A stretch of 64,000 bases of DNA from Clostridia bacterium (GTDB taxonomy: Bacteria > Bacillota > Clostridia > Oscillospirales > CAG-272), in assembly GCA_017483305.1 (NCBI GenBank), contig JAFULC010000023.1, positions 16,702 through 80,701 of the forward strand, read 5' to 3'. Positions 37,801 through 46,839 of the stretch are shown one piece after another (within the stretch, counting starts at the first letter, position 1; the number at the start of each line of letters is the position of its first letter). A program made the position numbers and the translations under genes. The notes beneath the pieces were generated by a model. It was not told where the DNA came from and made no database searches. It was given only the letters and a program-made list of their open reading frames with translations.

Positions 37801-38608
37801 TCTCTCGAAGAAGAACGATCAGAGCGAGGAGGACAAAATACTTGCACTGATTCCCGCGAAGGTGGCGGCATCCAAGGTTTCCCCTTCTATGCTTGACGAC
37901 AGCGTTTTCATTCCTATTCCCACGGGCGAGGCGTTTGCGATCGGCGAGGGAGATCCCGACGGGCAAAACCGCGATAACGCCGAGCAGATAAAGAAACGGA
38001 TCGAGCTTATGCGCTCAAAGCAGGTCAGCTTTGACGAGCTGCTTGAGGTGAACAAAAAGCCCACCGCCGCCGAGATCGGAACGGCGACGCATCTGTTCTT
38101 ACAGTACTGCGACTATAAGAACGCCGCAGAAAACGGCATTGATGCCGAGATCGAGCGTTTGCGCGAAAAACGCTTTATCAGCGATCGCGTTGCCGAGATA
38201 ATCAACCGCAAGCACCTTGAAGGCTTCTTTGAAAGCGAGCTTTTCGGCTACATAAAGGATGCGGGAAGGATACACCGAGAGTTCCACTTCCACGCCTTCC
38301 GCTCCGCATCGGAATTTTCACAGGATGAGAAGATAAAGGCGCTGATCGCTGACAAAAAGATCTTCGTTCAGGGATCTATCGATCTTATCATCGAGACCGC
38401 CGACGGAGAGCTGATCCTTTGCGACTACAAGACCGACCGAATATCCGCAGAGGAGAAGGCTGACACCGCTATACTCATCGAAAGCATGAGAGAAAAGCAC
38501 GGTCATCAGCTTGATGAATACAGTCTCGCTGTGGAGAGGATATTTGGAAAGGCGCCCTCAAGGGTATTTATCTATTCTGTTCCGATCGGAAGGATCGTAG
38601 AAATATAA
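34880..38608 (+). CDS. addA: Helicase-exonuclease AddAB subunit AddA
   Basis: UvrD-type helicase motifs are FTKAQQAAIDARGRTLLVSAAAGSGKT, VYIDEYQDVN and TIHQSKGLEF. A C-terminal RecB nuclease is present (GSIDLI...DYKTD). The track start is 34868; the ATG at 34880 is better placed after GGAGA. Confidence 0.92.
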   Translation: MNFTKAQQAAIDARGRTLLVSAAAGSGKTFTLTQRIIKRIIEERVDISSLLIVTFTRAAAGELRAKIAKALAEAIAEHPDDQHLQKQMIKLGGAHISTIDSFFSDPVRANFEKLGLPASMRLSDTAELAPLQEEIMKEVLEGFFDRCEDFSGGPLSSVGYRSLFSDLVGVIAVARDSSSLIPTLLKIYDKLITAPEGIGQLKKHAERLEASALLDFFDTDEGRIIRGELCSLLRYTASTFEKCCTEMALEGEWKEKYIPCFDANAELCRSLLSITESENYEAVRAAFGSYAPERIPSLKGDEKTEVSEYYKDLRGKKLNPAVKGAAKELLYADTDEISAWYKQCARLSLLIFDILSEYERKYSDEKKARGLCEFSDMPKFMLQLLQTEDGSPSEYARSISTDFKEVYIDEYQDVNEIQDRIFEMIGGDHRFMVGDIKQSIYGFREAEPSIFADYRRNFDPYDENTPVSKGGNTIFMSDNFRCDENVIRFTNLVCSMIFTAFAESIGYTREDDLIFSKEKPSETYQSPKVTVNLIQPVESEDGDEGEEAAAPTSNLHDEAIVTANEIARLIREGVKADGTPIRASDITVLVRSHSHAKPLIASLKKLNINISSSSKSALFEGEEMSLLVDLLSVIDNPRRDVPLCHVLTENFGTMGAFFSLEETVIIRRHAPESKSLFDALLDYVGDDVDATVAEKCRAFAFDLQRLREIASKLSADKLLRVIGNHERYSAACRGEAYTYLYDCACKYVKISWNGLYAFLTYFKKLIEKGESGAEPSKSDPNSITIMTIHQSKGLEFNTCFLFGLAKQFNSEDSKSPLLFTKELGISPKLPPKEDEDTDRLESIRVRYRNNLLFQSANKLSRRKQLEEEARILYVALTRARERLYLSATLNKPEVEYFADISGHADKAYGIMTSKNYIRQILLALSEYSDSDKDGVVEFRTFDKGNNVLVNSFEGSVSRSDTAVADELSYELAALLSKKNDQSEEDKILALIPAKVAASKVSPSMLDDSVFIPIPTGEAFAIGEGDPDGQNRDNAEQIKKRIELMRSKQVSFDELLEVNKKPTAAEIGTATHLFLQYCDYKNAAENGIDAEIERLREKRFISDRVAEIINRKHLEGFFESELFGYIKDAGRIHREFHFHAFRSASEFSQDEKIKALIADKKIFVQGSIDLIIETADGELILCDYKTDRISAEEKADTAILIESMREKHGHQLDEYSLAVERIFGKAPSRVFIYSVPIGRIVEI

Positions 38609-38635
38609 AAGCTTTAAAAGGACGGTGATATTACT

Positions 38636-39451
38636 ATGAATGAATCAAAATACAGTGATCTTATTGCGAAAATACAGAAAAAAAGAAAATGGGTAATTGC
38701 TTTAACAATAGTAGCGGTATTATTGGTTATACTGCTTACCTCACCAATAAAATTAGAAGTAATGGGAGAGATCGTTGTTGATTACAAAGGGTTGCATCCC
38801 GTTCTTACCATATTATTTGTTTTCTTTTGCTTTTTTATTGAAATCGTTGCTTACGCTATGGTTTCTCTGCCTTTAAACACATCAATGGATCAAGAATGTG
38901 ATCCCGAAAAGCACCTGATATTGAATTCGTCACTTAATAAACAGAAAAATATTGATTACGTTTATTCCGTTGATCATCTGTATTTGGGAAATTATACCGA
39001 ATCCATCAAATATGCAGAAAAAATGATCGCAAGTGCAAATGAGCCGATGGTATTGGTGGGGTTATTCAACAAAGCAAGATGTGAATTTCTTGCCGCTGAT
39101 TATGATACCTTCACTCAAACAGCAAGCCAATACGCGAACACATTGTCAAGATGTCAGAAAATAAAACCTCGATCTATGGTAGAATATCAAAAAATCAGCC
39201 GCATCATTGATTTGATGCTCGCCGTTTCAAAAGATGATTGGGATACTATCAATAAAATTCGTAATAATATTGAAGTTTGGAATGCATCTAAAGCAACGGA
39301 AGGATTTGTCAATTATATAAGAGGTATTGCTGCGTATAAAGCAAACGACAAAGAAGAAGCAATATACCGGCTTAAAGCTGTAGAAGAACATTGCTCAAGA
39401 ACAATTTTGGCAAGGCTTGCAATCGAACATCTTGATTTGCTCAAGGAATAA
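38636..39451 (+). CDS. Hypothetical membrane-anchored protein with helical (TPR-like) C-terminal region
   Basis: 271 aa with two predicted TM helices near the N-terminus (WVIALTIVAVLLVILL; VLTILFVFFCFFIEIVAYAMV). It is strikingly AT-rich relative to addA and eno. I recognise no family. Confidence 0.55.
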   Translation: MNESKYSDLIAKIQKKRKWVIALTIVAVLLVILLTSPIKLEVMGEIVVDYKGLHPVLTILFVFFCFFIEIVAYAMVSLPLNTSMDQECDPEKHLILNSSLNKQKNIDYVYSVDHLYLGNYTESIKYAEKMIASANEPMVLVGLFNKARCEFLAADYDTFTQTASQYANTLSRCQKIKPRSMVEYQKISRIIDLMLAVSKDDWDTINKIRNNIEVWNASKATEGFVNYIRGIAAYKANDKEEAIYRLKAVEEHCSRTILARLAIEHLDLLKE

Positions 39452-39489
39452 AAACAGCCATCGTCTCAAATGAGACGATGGCTGTTTTT
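39452..39489. terminator. Bidirectional terminator between the hypothetical gene and eno
   Basis: AAAACAGCCATCGTCTCA AA TGAGACGATGGCTGTTTTT. Confidence 0.75.
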
Positions 39490-40810
39490 ATTGACACTGG
39501 TCGCCGCAATAGGTCGTTGCCGTAGGCTTTACGCCGTCGGGATTGAGACCGTAGGTCGCCGAGTGACCGAGTGACGCTTCTATGCGTAAAAGTCGGTTAT
39601 ACTTTGCCACTCGGTCACTTCGGCAGGGCGCGCCCGATTTTATGAAGGGTGCGCCGAGCCCGACGGCGAGGTCAGCGATGGTCGTATCCTCGGTCTCACC
39701 CGAGCGGTGAGATAAAATATACGAATACCCTGCGGTCGATGCGATATTCGTCACGCCGATGACCTCGGACAAGCTACCTATCTGATTTGGCTTTACCAAG
39801 ATCGCATTTGCCGCGCCGAGCTCGATTCCCTGCTTAAGTCTTGACGGCGAGGTGACGAACAGGTCGTCTCCGACGAGCATTACACGATCGCCGATTCTTT
39901 CCGTGATGATGCGCCAGCCCTCGAAATCGCGCTGGTCGAGGGGGTCCTCGATAGAGATGATCGGATATTTTGATATAAGTCCCTCGTAATAATCTATCAG
40001 CTCTTCTCTTTTCATTTCCTTTTGGCGCTTGGGAAGCTTATAAGATCTTGCACTCTCGTCGTACCATTCGCTTGATGCCACGTCGAGCGCGAGCTTGACC
40101 TTATCCACCCCGTACCCTGCCTCACTTATCGCCTCGCAGAGAAGATCAAGTGCCTGCTCGTCGGAGTCAAGGCTCGGGGCAAATCCTCCCTCGTCACCCA
40201 CGGCGGTGGAAAGTCCTTTATTCTTCAATATCTTGCCTAAGGCGTGATAGATCTCACTTCCCATTCGCAGAGCGTCGAAGAACGAGGGTGCGCCAGTGGG
40301 AACTATCATAAATTCTTGTATTTCGACGTTGTTTGAGGCGTGCGCGCCTCCGTTGAGCACGTTCATCATTGGGATCGGGAGTCTTGACGCTCTTGCTCCC
40401 CCTATCCAGCGGAAAAGAGGTATTCCGTAGGAGTTGGCGCAGGCTCTTGACGCCGCGAGCGAGACCGCCAGAATTGCATTTGCGCCAAGCTTGGATTTAT
40501 TATCTGTGCCGTCCAGCTCGATCATCAAGCGGTCGATCGTTGATTGCTCCGAGGCGTATACTCCGACAAGCTCGGGAGAGATCATACGGCAGATGTTATT
40601 TACCGCCTCGAGCACTCCCTTGCCACCGTATCTGCGGTCATCTAAGTCTCTTTTTTCACAAGCCTCGTATATTCCCATTGAAGCTCCCGAGGGAACACTT
40701 GCCACGCCTATCGTGCCGTCGGACAAAACAACGGTCGCCTCAACTGTCGGATTGCCTCGGGAGTCGAGTATCTCCCTTCCCGTGCATTTTACAATCTGCG
40801 GTTTTATCAT
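39488..40810 (-). CDS. eno: Enolase (phosphopyruvate hydratase)
   Basis: MIKPQIVKCTGREILDSRGNPTVEA..., SHRSGETEDTTIADLAV and KYNRLLRIE. The track start 40831 was rejected in favour of 40810, which gives the canonical N-terminus. Confidence 0.93.
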   Translation of the reverse strand: MIKPQIVKCTGREILDSRGNPTVEATVVLSDGTIGVASVPSGASMGIYEACEKRDLDDRRYGGKGVLEAVNNICRMISPELVGVYASEQSTIDRLMIELDGTDNKSKLGANAILAVSLAASRACANSYGIPLFRWIGGARASRLPIPMMNVLNGGAHASNNVEIQEFMIVPTGAPSFFDALRMGSEIYHALGKILKNKGLSTAVGDEGGFAPSLDSDEQALDLLCEAISEAGYGVDKVKLALDVASSEWYDESARSYKLPKRQKEMKREELIDYYEGLISKYPIISIEDPLDQRDFEGWRIITERIGDRVMLVGDDLFVTSPSRLKQGIELGAANAILVKPNQIGSLSEVIGVTNIASTAGYSYILSHRSGETEDTTIADLAVGLGAPFIKSGAPCRSDRVAKYNRLLRIEASLGHSATYGLNPDGVKPTATTYCGDQCQ

Positions 40811-40921
40811 AATTTCTCTCCAATCCATCAAAAATTTCTATATTCGTATTATTTTACACTTTGGGATAAATTATGCGAAAAAAGGCTCCGTTCTTAAATT
40901 TCCGACCGGAGGCCTTTTATT

Positions 40922-42166
40922 TTAAATATTCATAGCTTTGAAAAATTCACTCTTGATCTCGACGGCGAAGTCCACCGAGCCAAAGCAGAAGATGAGCTTT
41001 TCGCTCTTGCCAAGCCCGAGCAGCTCCTTTGTAGCTTCCTTTGCCGAGCTGCACCTGATGAGATTATCAGTATTCAATTCTTCATCGGTTTCGCGACCGA
41101 CAAGCACGATGTTGTTGAGCTTTCTGCCCGAGAATGCGGAAAGCATACTCGCAAGGCTTGTTTTTTTATCGGGAGCGACAACTACCGAAAAGCCCTCGAC
41201 CGCTCCCCAGACCTCGTCGGCGGTTTTGAGCATTGGGATCAACTCCTCCCTTACTCTTGCCGAATCGGTCACTATGATAGGCGATGCCGAGATTATCTCG
41301 AAGCATCTGGTGTCGGATGCCGACGAAAGACCGTTGAAAATTCCACTCCAAGGCATTTTTACGCCGCCGCGACGCAGTGCAAGTGACGCTTCGACCGCGG
41401 TCATAGCGCAATCTCTCAATATATGCGACGGGGTGCGGAGAGTATAGCCCTCCTTGCCGCCGTAATTGAAGCAGAGCTTACGGGAAGATATTTCGGTCGG
41501 TTCAAACTGTGCTTTGGCGGGTATGTAAAGTCTCACTCCGCTTATTGCGCATGCCTGCGATATTTTATTATACACGTCGCTTCGCTGATTTCCGCTTACT
41601 ACCTCACGCGTGCCTCTGCGGATCACGTCGCACATAGCCTTGATCCTTTCTGTCGCTCCGCTTCCCTCGTAAACCGTGGGGATAACTATGAGATCATACG
41701 GCGCGCAGATGGCGTCGAGCGCCATACAGTCCTTTGAAAGTCCTTCCAAAATAACGTATTCACACGCCTCGAGCTTGCAGATCAAAAGACCGAGAGCCAA
41801 AACCATCTCCTCTTTTGTGTACATATCGTCGGGGTCGTTTTTGGCTACGCTTTTGAGCGCGGTGACCGACTTATTATAGGTCTCGATACTCACCGTTTCG
41901 CCGCCGATGAGAATAGAGCTTCTCGAATCGAAGCCGCAGCAGCTCATAATTCGTCCTACGCTATGCTCCGAGCTTTTGATGATATTCTCGAGCAATACGG
42001 CGCAGGCGTGTCCCGCACTGCCGTCGGGAACACATATATATCTCGTGCCGACGTTGACTCTGCCGAGCCGCTTACAAAGATCCGCTATTCTTTTTTGCGA
42101 AATATCGGCACCCGTCTTGGCGGGAGAAAAGCTATTCATATATTTCAGTGAATTGGAATATTTCAT
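40922..42166 (-). CDS. FolC/Mur-ligase-like protein with degenerate catalytic motifs
   Basis: 414 aa. It appears collinear with folylpolyglutamate synthase as I recall it. The P-loop position reads VPDGSAGHA instead of GTNGKGS, and later motifs are also altered (EGLSKDC, VTDSAR). Its start overlaps the GH13 stop (ATGA). Confidence 0.55.
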   Translation of the reverse strand: MKYSNSLKYMNSFSPAKTGADISQKRIADLCKRLGRVNVGTRYICVPDGSAGHACAVLLENIIKSSEHSVGRIMSCCGFDSRSSILIGGETVSIETYNKSVTALKSVAKNDPDDMYTKEEMVLALGLLICKLEACEYVILEGLSKDCMALDAICAPYDLIVIPTVYEGSGATERIKAMCDVIRRGTREVVSGNQRSDVYNKISQACAISGVRLYIPAKAQFEPTEISSRKLCFNYGGKEGYTLRTPSHILRDCAMTAVEASLALRRGGVKMPWSGIFNGLSSASDTRCFEIISASPIIVTDSARVREELIPMLKTADEVWGAVEGFSVVVAPDKKTSLASMLSAFSGRKLNNIVLVGRETDEELNTDNLIRCSSAKEATKELLGLGKSEKLIFCFGSVDFAVEIKSEFFKAMNI

Positions 42167-44106
42167 CTCGGCACTTCCTTTAAAATCATTGCACTGTCGG
42201 CCTTTACTGTCATTTCGCCGTTATATTTCTCGCCGCTTATAAGGTCGACGTAGGTCGAGTTTGCAGGTATCTCAAACACGAAATCCGCACCTCTGTTTGC
42301 GACGGTTATCACGCGGCTGTCCTCTTTTTCACGGACGTACACGATCGCGCCGTTTTCGTGGTGGACAACGTAAAATCTACCGCCGTCGAGCGCTTTCTCG
42401 TTCTTTCGTATTCTTCCAAGCGCACGGTAGTACCAAAGCAGCTCCGCGCGGTGCGACTCATTCATCTTATGCCACGGGAAAGGCATACGGCAGAAGGGAT
42501 CTCCGTATCCCTCCATACCGATCTCGTCGCCATAATAGACCGACGGGATACCGTACACGGTAAACTGAAGCGCGGCGGCGATCTTAAGCATTTCGATTCC
42601 ATGACTTAACTGATCGCGGGAGAGCTTCTTGGTCGATTTGGCTTTATTATCGAGAAATTCGTCCTCGTCATCTCTGCCGAGCACGGTGAGGATACGGTCG
42701 GTATCGTGCGTACCGATAATATTCATCAATTTATGCGAAACGCAGGGCGGATACGAGGAATATATCTCGGTGAGTGTATTGTAAAGCGTTTCCTCATCTC
42801 CCCACTGGCAAAATGAGATTATCGCATTCTTTACGGGATAATTCATAACGCTGTCGAGCTGACTTCCTCTGAAATAGCGTCTTCTTTTACCGTATGCGAC
42901 CTTATCGGCGGCGTTTTCCCAGACCTCACCGATGATCACTGCATCAGAGTTGCTTGCTCTCTTTGCGCTGACTCGCAATTCGTCGAGAAATTCGTCGGAG
43001 AGCTCGTCCGCGACGTCAAGTCGCCAACCAACGATGCCGCGGTCTATATATTTTTGAATTATACCGCCCTCACCCGTAAAATAGTGGCGGCAATCCTTAT
43101 TTTCATGGTTAAGCTTTGGCAAAATCTCGATTCCCCACCACGATTCGTATTCGTTTGGGTAATTTCTGAAATTAAACCAACTGCGATAGGGCGAATCGGG
43201 GTCATTATACGCTCCTCCGTCGCCGTATTTTTTGTATCGGTTGAAATATACGCTATCGTCGCCCGTGTGGTTGAAAACTCCGTCGAGGATAATGCCGATG
43301 CCCTTTTCCTTTGCCTTTGCAACAAGGTTATCGAACGCCTCGTCTCCTCCGAACATCGCATCAACGCGCTCGTAGGTAGCGGTATCGTATTTGTGATTGG
43401 AATATGCCTCGAAGATCGGGCAGAGGTATATATAGGTCACTCCGAGCGAGCAGAGGTAGTCGAGCTTTTCGGCAACTCCCCACAGGTTTCCTCCAAAGAA
43501 CATATTGTTCTTAAGGGGCTGACCCGGATGCTCCTGATACTGAGGGATTCCCTTCTCCCAGTCCTTATTGAGCTCCGCATCCTCGCGGATCTCTATGCTT
43601 TTTGCTTCGTCGCTCTCTCCGCGGAAAAATCTGTCCGTGAAAATCTGATACATTACTCCCTTACCGAAGCTGTCGGGGGTCTTGAAATCCTTTTCGTAGA
43701 CAAGCATACGGAAGCGTGAGCCTGCTTTTTCGTTAAGCTCAAAGTCAAAATTGTTGCAGGTATCGGTGAATAGCGTATTCAAGCCGCGAAGGAAAAGAAA
43801 TTCGTAATAAAACAGTCCCTGATCCTCGCCGCCACAGAGCTCTGAGGTGTTAAGCGTACAGCAATAAATATCCTCTCTGTTGTCGGAGCGGCAAAAATCG
43901 AGCGGTATATCAAGGTCTCCCTCGCCGTCCTTACAGATCCGCAATACTACTCCCGAAGCGCCGTAGCGATGAGAAACGGTCACCTCAATATCTATAACCG
44001 CTCCGCACGGGAAAGCGCCGAGATACGAAACGTCCTCGGCATTTATGAATTTACGTATCTGCACGGTACCCGTGCTTTCTGTTTCCTGATAAAATTTAGG
44101 GAGCAT
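42163..44106 (-). CDS. GH13 alpha-amylase family enzyme (neopullulanase/maltogenic-amylase-like)
   Basis: GH13 conserved regions are DGVFNHTG, GWRLDVADE, IGEVWE and IGTHDTDR. The start at M83 of the track ORF (44104-44106, MLPKFYQ...) avoids overlap with the glgP 3' end. Confidence 0.85.
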   Translation of the reverse strand: MLPKFYQETESTGTVQIRKFINAEDVSYLGAFPCGAVIDIEVTVSHRYGASGVVLRICKDGEGDLDIPLDFCRSDNREDIYCCTLNTSELCGGEDQGLFYYEFLFLRGLNTLFTDTCNNFDFELNEKAGSRFRMLVYEKDFKTPDSFGKGVMYQIFTDRFFRGESDEAKSIEIREDAELNKDWEKGIPQYQEHPGQPLKNNMFFGGNLWGVAEKLDYLCSLGVTYIYLCPIFEAYSNHKYDTATYERVDAMFGGDEAFDNLVAKAKEKGIGIILDGVFNHTGDDSVYFNRYKKYGDGGAYNDPDSPYRSWFNFRNYPNEYESWWGIEILPKLNHENKDCRHYFTGEGGIIQKYIDRGIVGWRLDVADELSDEFLDELRVSAKRASNSDAVIIGEVWENAADKVAYGKRRRYFRGSQLDSVMNYPVKNAIISFCQWGDEETLYNTLTEIYSSYPPCVSHKLMNIIGTHDTDRILTVLGRDDEDEFLDNKAKSTKKLSRDQLSHGIEMLKIAAALQFTVYGIPSVYYGDEIGMEGYGDPFCRMPFPWHKMNESHRAELLWYYRALGRIRKNEKALDGGRFYVVHHENGAIVYVREKEDSRVITVANRGADFVFEIPANSTYVDLISGEKYNGEMTVKADSAMILKEVPR

Positions 44107-44227
44107 CTTTTTTCTTTCCACCGTCCGCGTCGCATTTGCCGCCTTGGAGGCGACGGAAACCGCCGCCTCCAAGGCTTTGATCAAATTCGGGTGCGACCGA
44201 TATTTGTTGAATTTGTTATTTTTGAGA

Positions 44228-46654
44228 TCAGTTAAGGGGCTTGAGATTCCAGAACTTGTCGGCATACTCCTTGATGGAGCGGTCTGCCGCGAAGAAGCCT
44301 GCCGCACTGGTATTGAGAAGCGACATTCTCGTCCACTTTTCTCTGTCATCATACGCCTTGAGCATCTCGTCGTGAGTCATACGGTAGGACTCGAAGTCGG
44401 CAAGGCACATATAGGGGTCTGCAACTCCGTTGCCTGTCAAAAGATAGGTTGCTATATCCGCAAAGGACTCGCCCGCAAAGCCGATCGAGAGGAAGTTAAT
44501 GATTCTGCGGAGTCTTGCATTGTTCGAGTAGAACTCTGCGGCACGGTAGCCGTTAAGCCAGAGCTTTTCGACCTCGTCACTCTTAAGACCGAAGATATAC
44601 ATATTATCCTTACCGACCGCATCAAGCATTTCGACGTTTGCGCCGTCGAGAGTACCGATGGTAATAGCGCCGTTGATCATAAGCTTCATACAGCCCGTAC
44701 CGCTTGCTTCCTTACCTGCAAGCGAGATCTGCTCGCTGATATCTGCCGAGGGAATGAGAATCTCGGCGGTGCTTACATCGTAGTTCTCAAGGAACACGAC
44801 ATTGAGCTTTTCCTTGATCTTGGGGTTGTTGTCGATGTCCTTGGAGATCATACAGAGAAGCTGAATGATTCTCTTTGCCATCTGATATCCGGGCGCTGCC
44901 TTTGCTCCGAAGATAAAGGTCTGAGGACGGATGTCAAGATCGGGGTTATCCTTGAGCTCGAGGTATATACCGATGATATTGAGTGCATTGAGGAGCTGTC
45001 TCTTATACTCGTGAAGTCTCTTGATCTGTACGTCGAAGAGCGAATGGGTATCGATTTTCTTTCCTGTTTTAGCGTAAAGATGATTTGCGAACGCGATCTT
45101 GTTGTTGTGCTTGATCGCGCGGACTCTTTCGAGCACTGCCTTATCGTCTGCAAACTTTGCAAACTCGGCAAGCTCTATGGGATTATGTCTGTATCCCGTG
45201 CCGATGCACTCGTCGAGCAGAGCTGCCAATTCGGGATTCGAGTAGCAGAGCCAACGGCGGTGTGCGATACCGTTCGTTACGTTTTCGAACTTGTAGGGAT
45301 ACATCTTATAGAAATCGTTGAATACCGTCTTGGTGAGAATATCAGAGTGGAGCTTGGAAACGCCGTTTACCGAATGAGATCCGATAACCGAGAGATTTGC
45401 CATTCTTACAGAGCCGTATCCAATTACGCTCATCTTGCTTATTCTCTGCCAGTTACCAGGGAACGCGTTCCAAGCGTCGCGGCAGAATCTTTCATTGATC
45501 TCCTTGATGATGTCGTATATTCTGGGAAGCTTGAGCTTGAAGAGATCCTCGTTCCAGGTCTCAAGCGCCTCGGGCATTACGGTGTGGTTGGTATACGAGC
45601 AGATCTTTACAACCTTATCCCACGCGTCCTCCCAAGAGAAGAAATAATCGTCCACGAGAATTCTCATAAGCTCGGGGATACAGAGTGCGGGATGGGTATC
45701 GTTGATATGGATAGCTACCTTTTCATCGAGGTTCGAGAGCGTGCCGTAGACTGCCATGTGATCGCGGATGATGCTCTGCACCGATGCGGAAACGAGGAAG
45801 TACTGCTGAGAGAGACGAAGGAGCTTTCCTTCGGTGTGGTTATCCGAGGGATAGAGCACCTTGGTGAGAGTTTCGGCATTTGTGCTATCCTCAACTGCCT
45901 TATGATACTGTCCCTGAGTAAACAGGCCCATATTGAAGTTCTGGATATTTCTTGCCTTCCACAGACGCAGGCGGCTGACGCCCTTACTGTCTGCTCCCGA
46001 GATCATCATATCGTAAGGAACTGCCTCGATCTCCTCGCTGTTTTCATAAATAACGGTCATGTGGTTATTTTCCCACTTTTCGCGGACGTGTCCTCCGAAG
46101 CGGACTACGAATGCGCGGTCTGTTCTCGGAACGAGCCAGACCTCTCCGCCGGGAAGCCATACGTCAGGAAGCTCTACCTGCATGCCGTCGACGATCTTCT
46201 GCTTGAAAAGACCGTACTCGTAGCAGAGCGAGAAGCCTGTTGCGGGGTAGTCGAGAGAGGACAGAGAGTCCATAAAGCAAGCGGCGAGTCTTCCAAGACC
46301 TCCGTTGCCAAGTCCCGCGTCGGGCTCGCACTCGTAAAGATCGTTGAGCTTGAAACCAAGCGCCTCAAGCGCCTCTCCGTAGGACTTGTCAAGTCCGAGG
46401 TTACAGACGTTGGTCTTGAGCGATCTGCCGAGCAGGAATTCCATACACATATAGTAAATGCGCTTTGCGCCCTTTTTGTTGACTTCCTTTTTGAAGTCGC
46501 CGCGCTTTTCGGTGAGGATGTCGCGGACGGTCATAGAGACCGCCTTATACATCTGCTCGTCGGATGCTTCGGCGGGAGTACAGCCAAAATAGCGCGAAAG
46601 CTTGATTTCAATGTTTTCTTTGATTTTTGCCGGGGTCAAATTTTCTTGATTCAT
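44228..46654 (-). CDS. glgP: Glycogen/maltodextrin phosphorylase
   Basis: GT35 hallmarks are LGNGGLGRLAACF and the PLP site EASGTGCMKLMINGA. The track start 46699 is a GTG without an RBS. The ATG at 46654 (MNQENL...) is the alternative used here, so the start is uncertain by 15 codons. Confidence 0.9.
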   Translation of the reverse strand: MNQENLTPAKIKENIEIKLSRYFGCTPAEASDEQMYKAVSMTVRDILTEKRGDFKKEVNKKGAKRIYYMCMEFLLGRSLKTNVCNLGLDKSYGEALEALGFKLNDLYECEPDAGLGNGGLGRLAACFMDSLSSLDYPATGFSLCYEYGLFKQKIVDGMQVELPDVWLPGGEVWLVPRTDRAFVVRFGGHVREKWENNHMTVIYENSEEIEAVPYDMMISGADSKGVSRLRLWKARNIQNFNMGLFTQGQYHKAVEDSTNAETLTKVLYPSDNHTEGKLLRLSQQYFLVSASVQSIIRDHMAVYGTLSNLDEKVAIHINDTHPALCIPELMRILVDDYFFSWEDAWDKVVKICSYTNHTVMPEALETWNEDLFKLKLPRIYDIIKEINERFCRDAWNAFPGNWQRISKMSVIGYGSVRMANLSVIGSHSVNGVSKLHSDILTKTVFNDFYKMYPYKFENVTNGIAHRRWLCYSNPELAALLDECIGTGYRHNPIELAEFAKFADDKAVLERVRAIKHNNKIAFANHLYAKTGKKIDTHSLFDVQIKRLHEYKRQLLNALNIIGIYLELKDNPDLDIRPQTFIFGAKAAPGYQMAKRIIQLLCMISKDIDNNPKIKEKLNVVFLENYDVSTAEILIPSADISEQISLAGKEASGTGCMKLMINGAITIGTLDGANVEMLDAVGKDNMYIFGLKSDEVEKLWLNGYRAAEFYSNNARLRRIINFLSIGFAGESFADIATYLLTGNGVADPYMCLADFESYRMTHDEMLKAYDDREKWTRMSLLNTSAAGFFAADRSIKEYADKFWNLKPLN

Positions 46655-46781
46655 TTGCGTTTTATACCTTTCGGATTGATTTTCGTAATTGTCGTTCACG
46701 TTGATCCGTGAAACAGAGCTCCGCTTACAAAAGGCTTTATAAGCAGAGGTCCGCTACACGAAAGCTATGCTTTTTAAAACT

Positions 46782-46812
46782 TCGCCGTCCCCGAGAGTGA
46801 TTGCCCTCGGGG
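46782..46812 (-). terminator. Terminator after glgA
   Basis: The minus strand reads GTCCCCGAGGGCAATCACTCTCGGGGAC followed by a T-containing tail. It separates glgBCDA from the glgP unit. Confidence 0.5.
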
Positions 46813-46839
46813 ACTTTTCGGCGTTATTATTGCTATTTA

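Noticed and set aside
44107-44352. An 82-codon N-terminal extension of the GH13 ORF.
   Set aside because: It would overlap the 3' end of glgP by more than 120 nt and encodes a low-complexity, Ser/Arg-rich peptide. The ATG at 44104-44106 follows a purine-rich RBS, and the product from there still retains all four GH13 conserved regions.
44144-46711. An 855-aa stop-free ORF on the plus strand.
   Set aside because: It lies exactly antisense to glgP, whose product carries clear GT35 and PLP-site motifs. The antisense product has no recognisable motifs, no RBS and a biased composition. It is a typical shadow ORF of a codon-biased gene.
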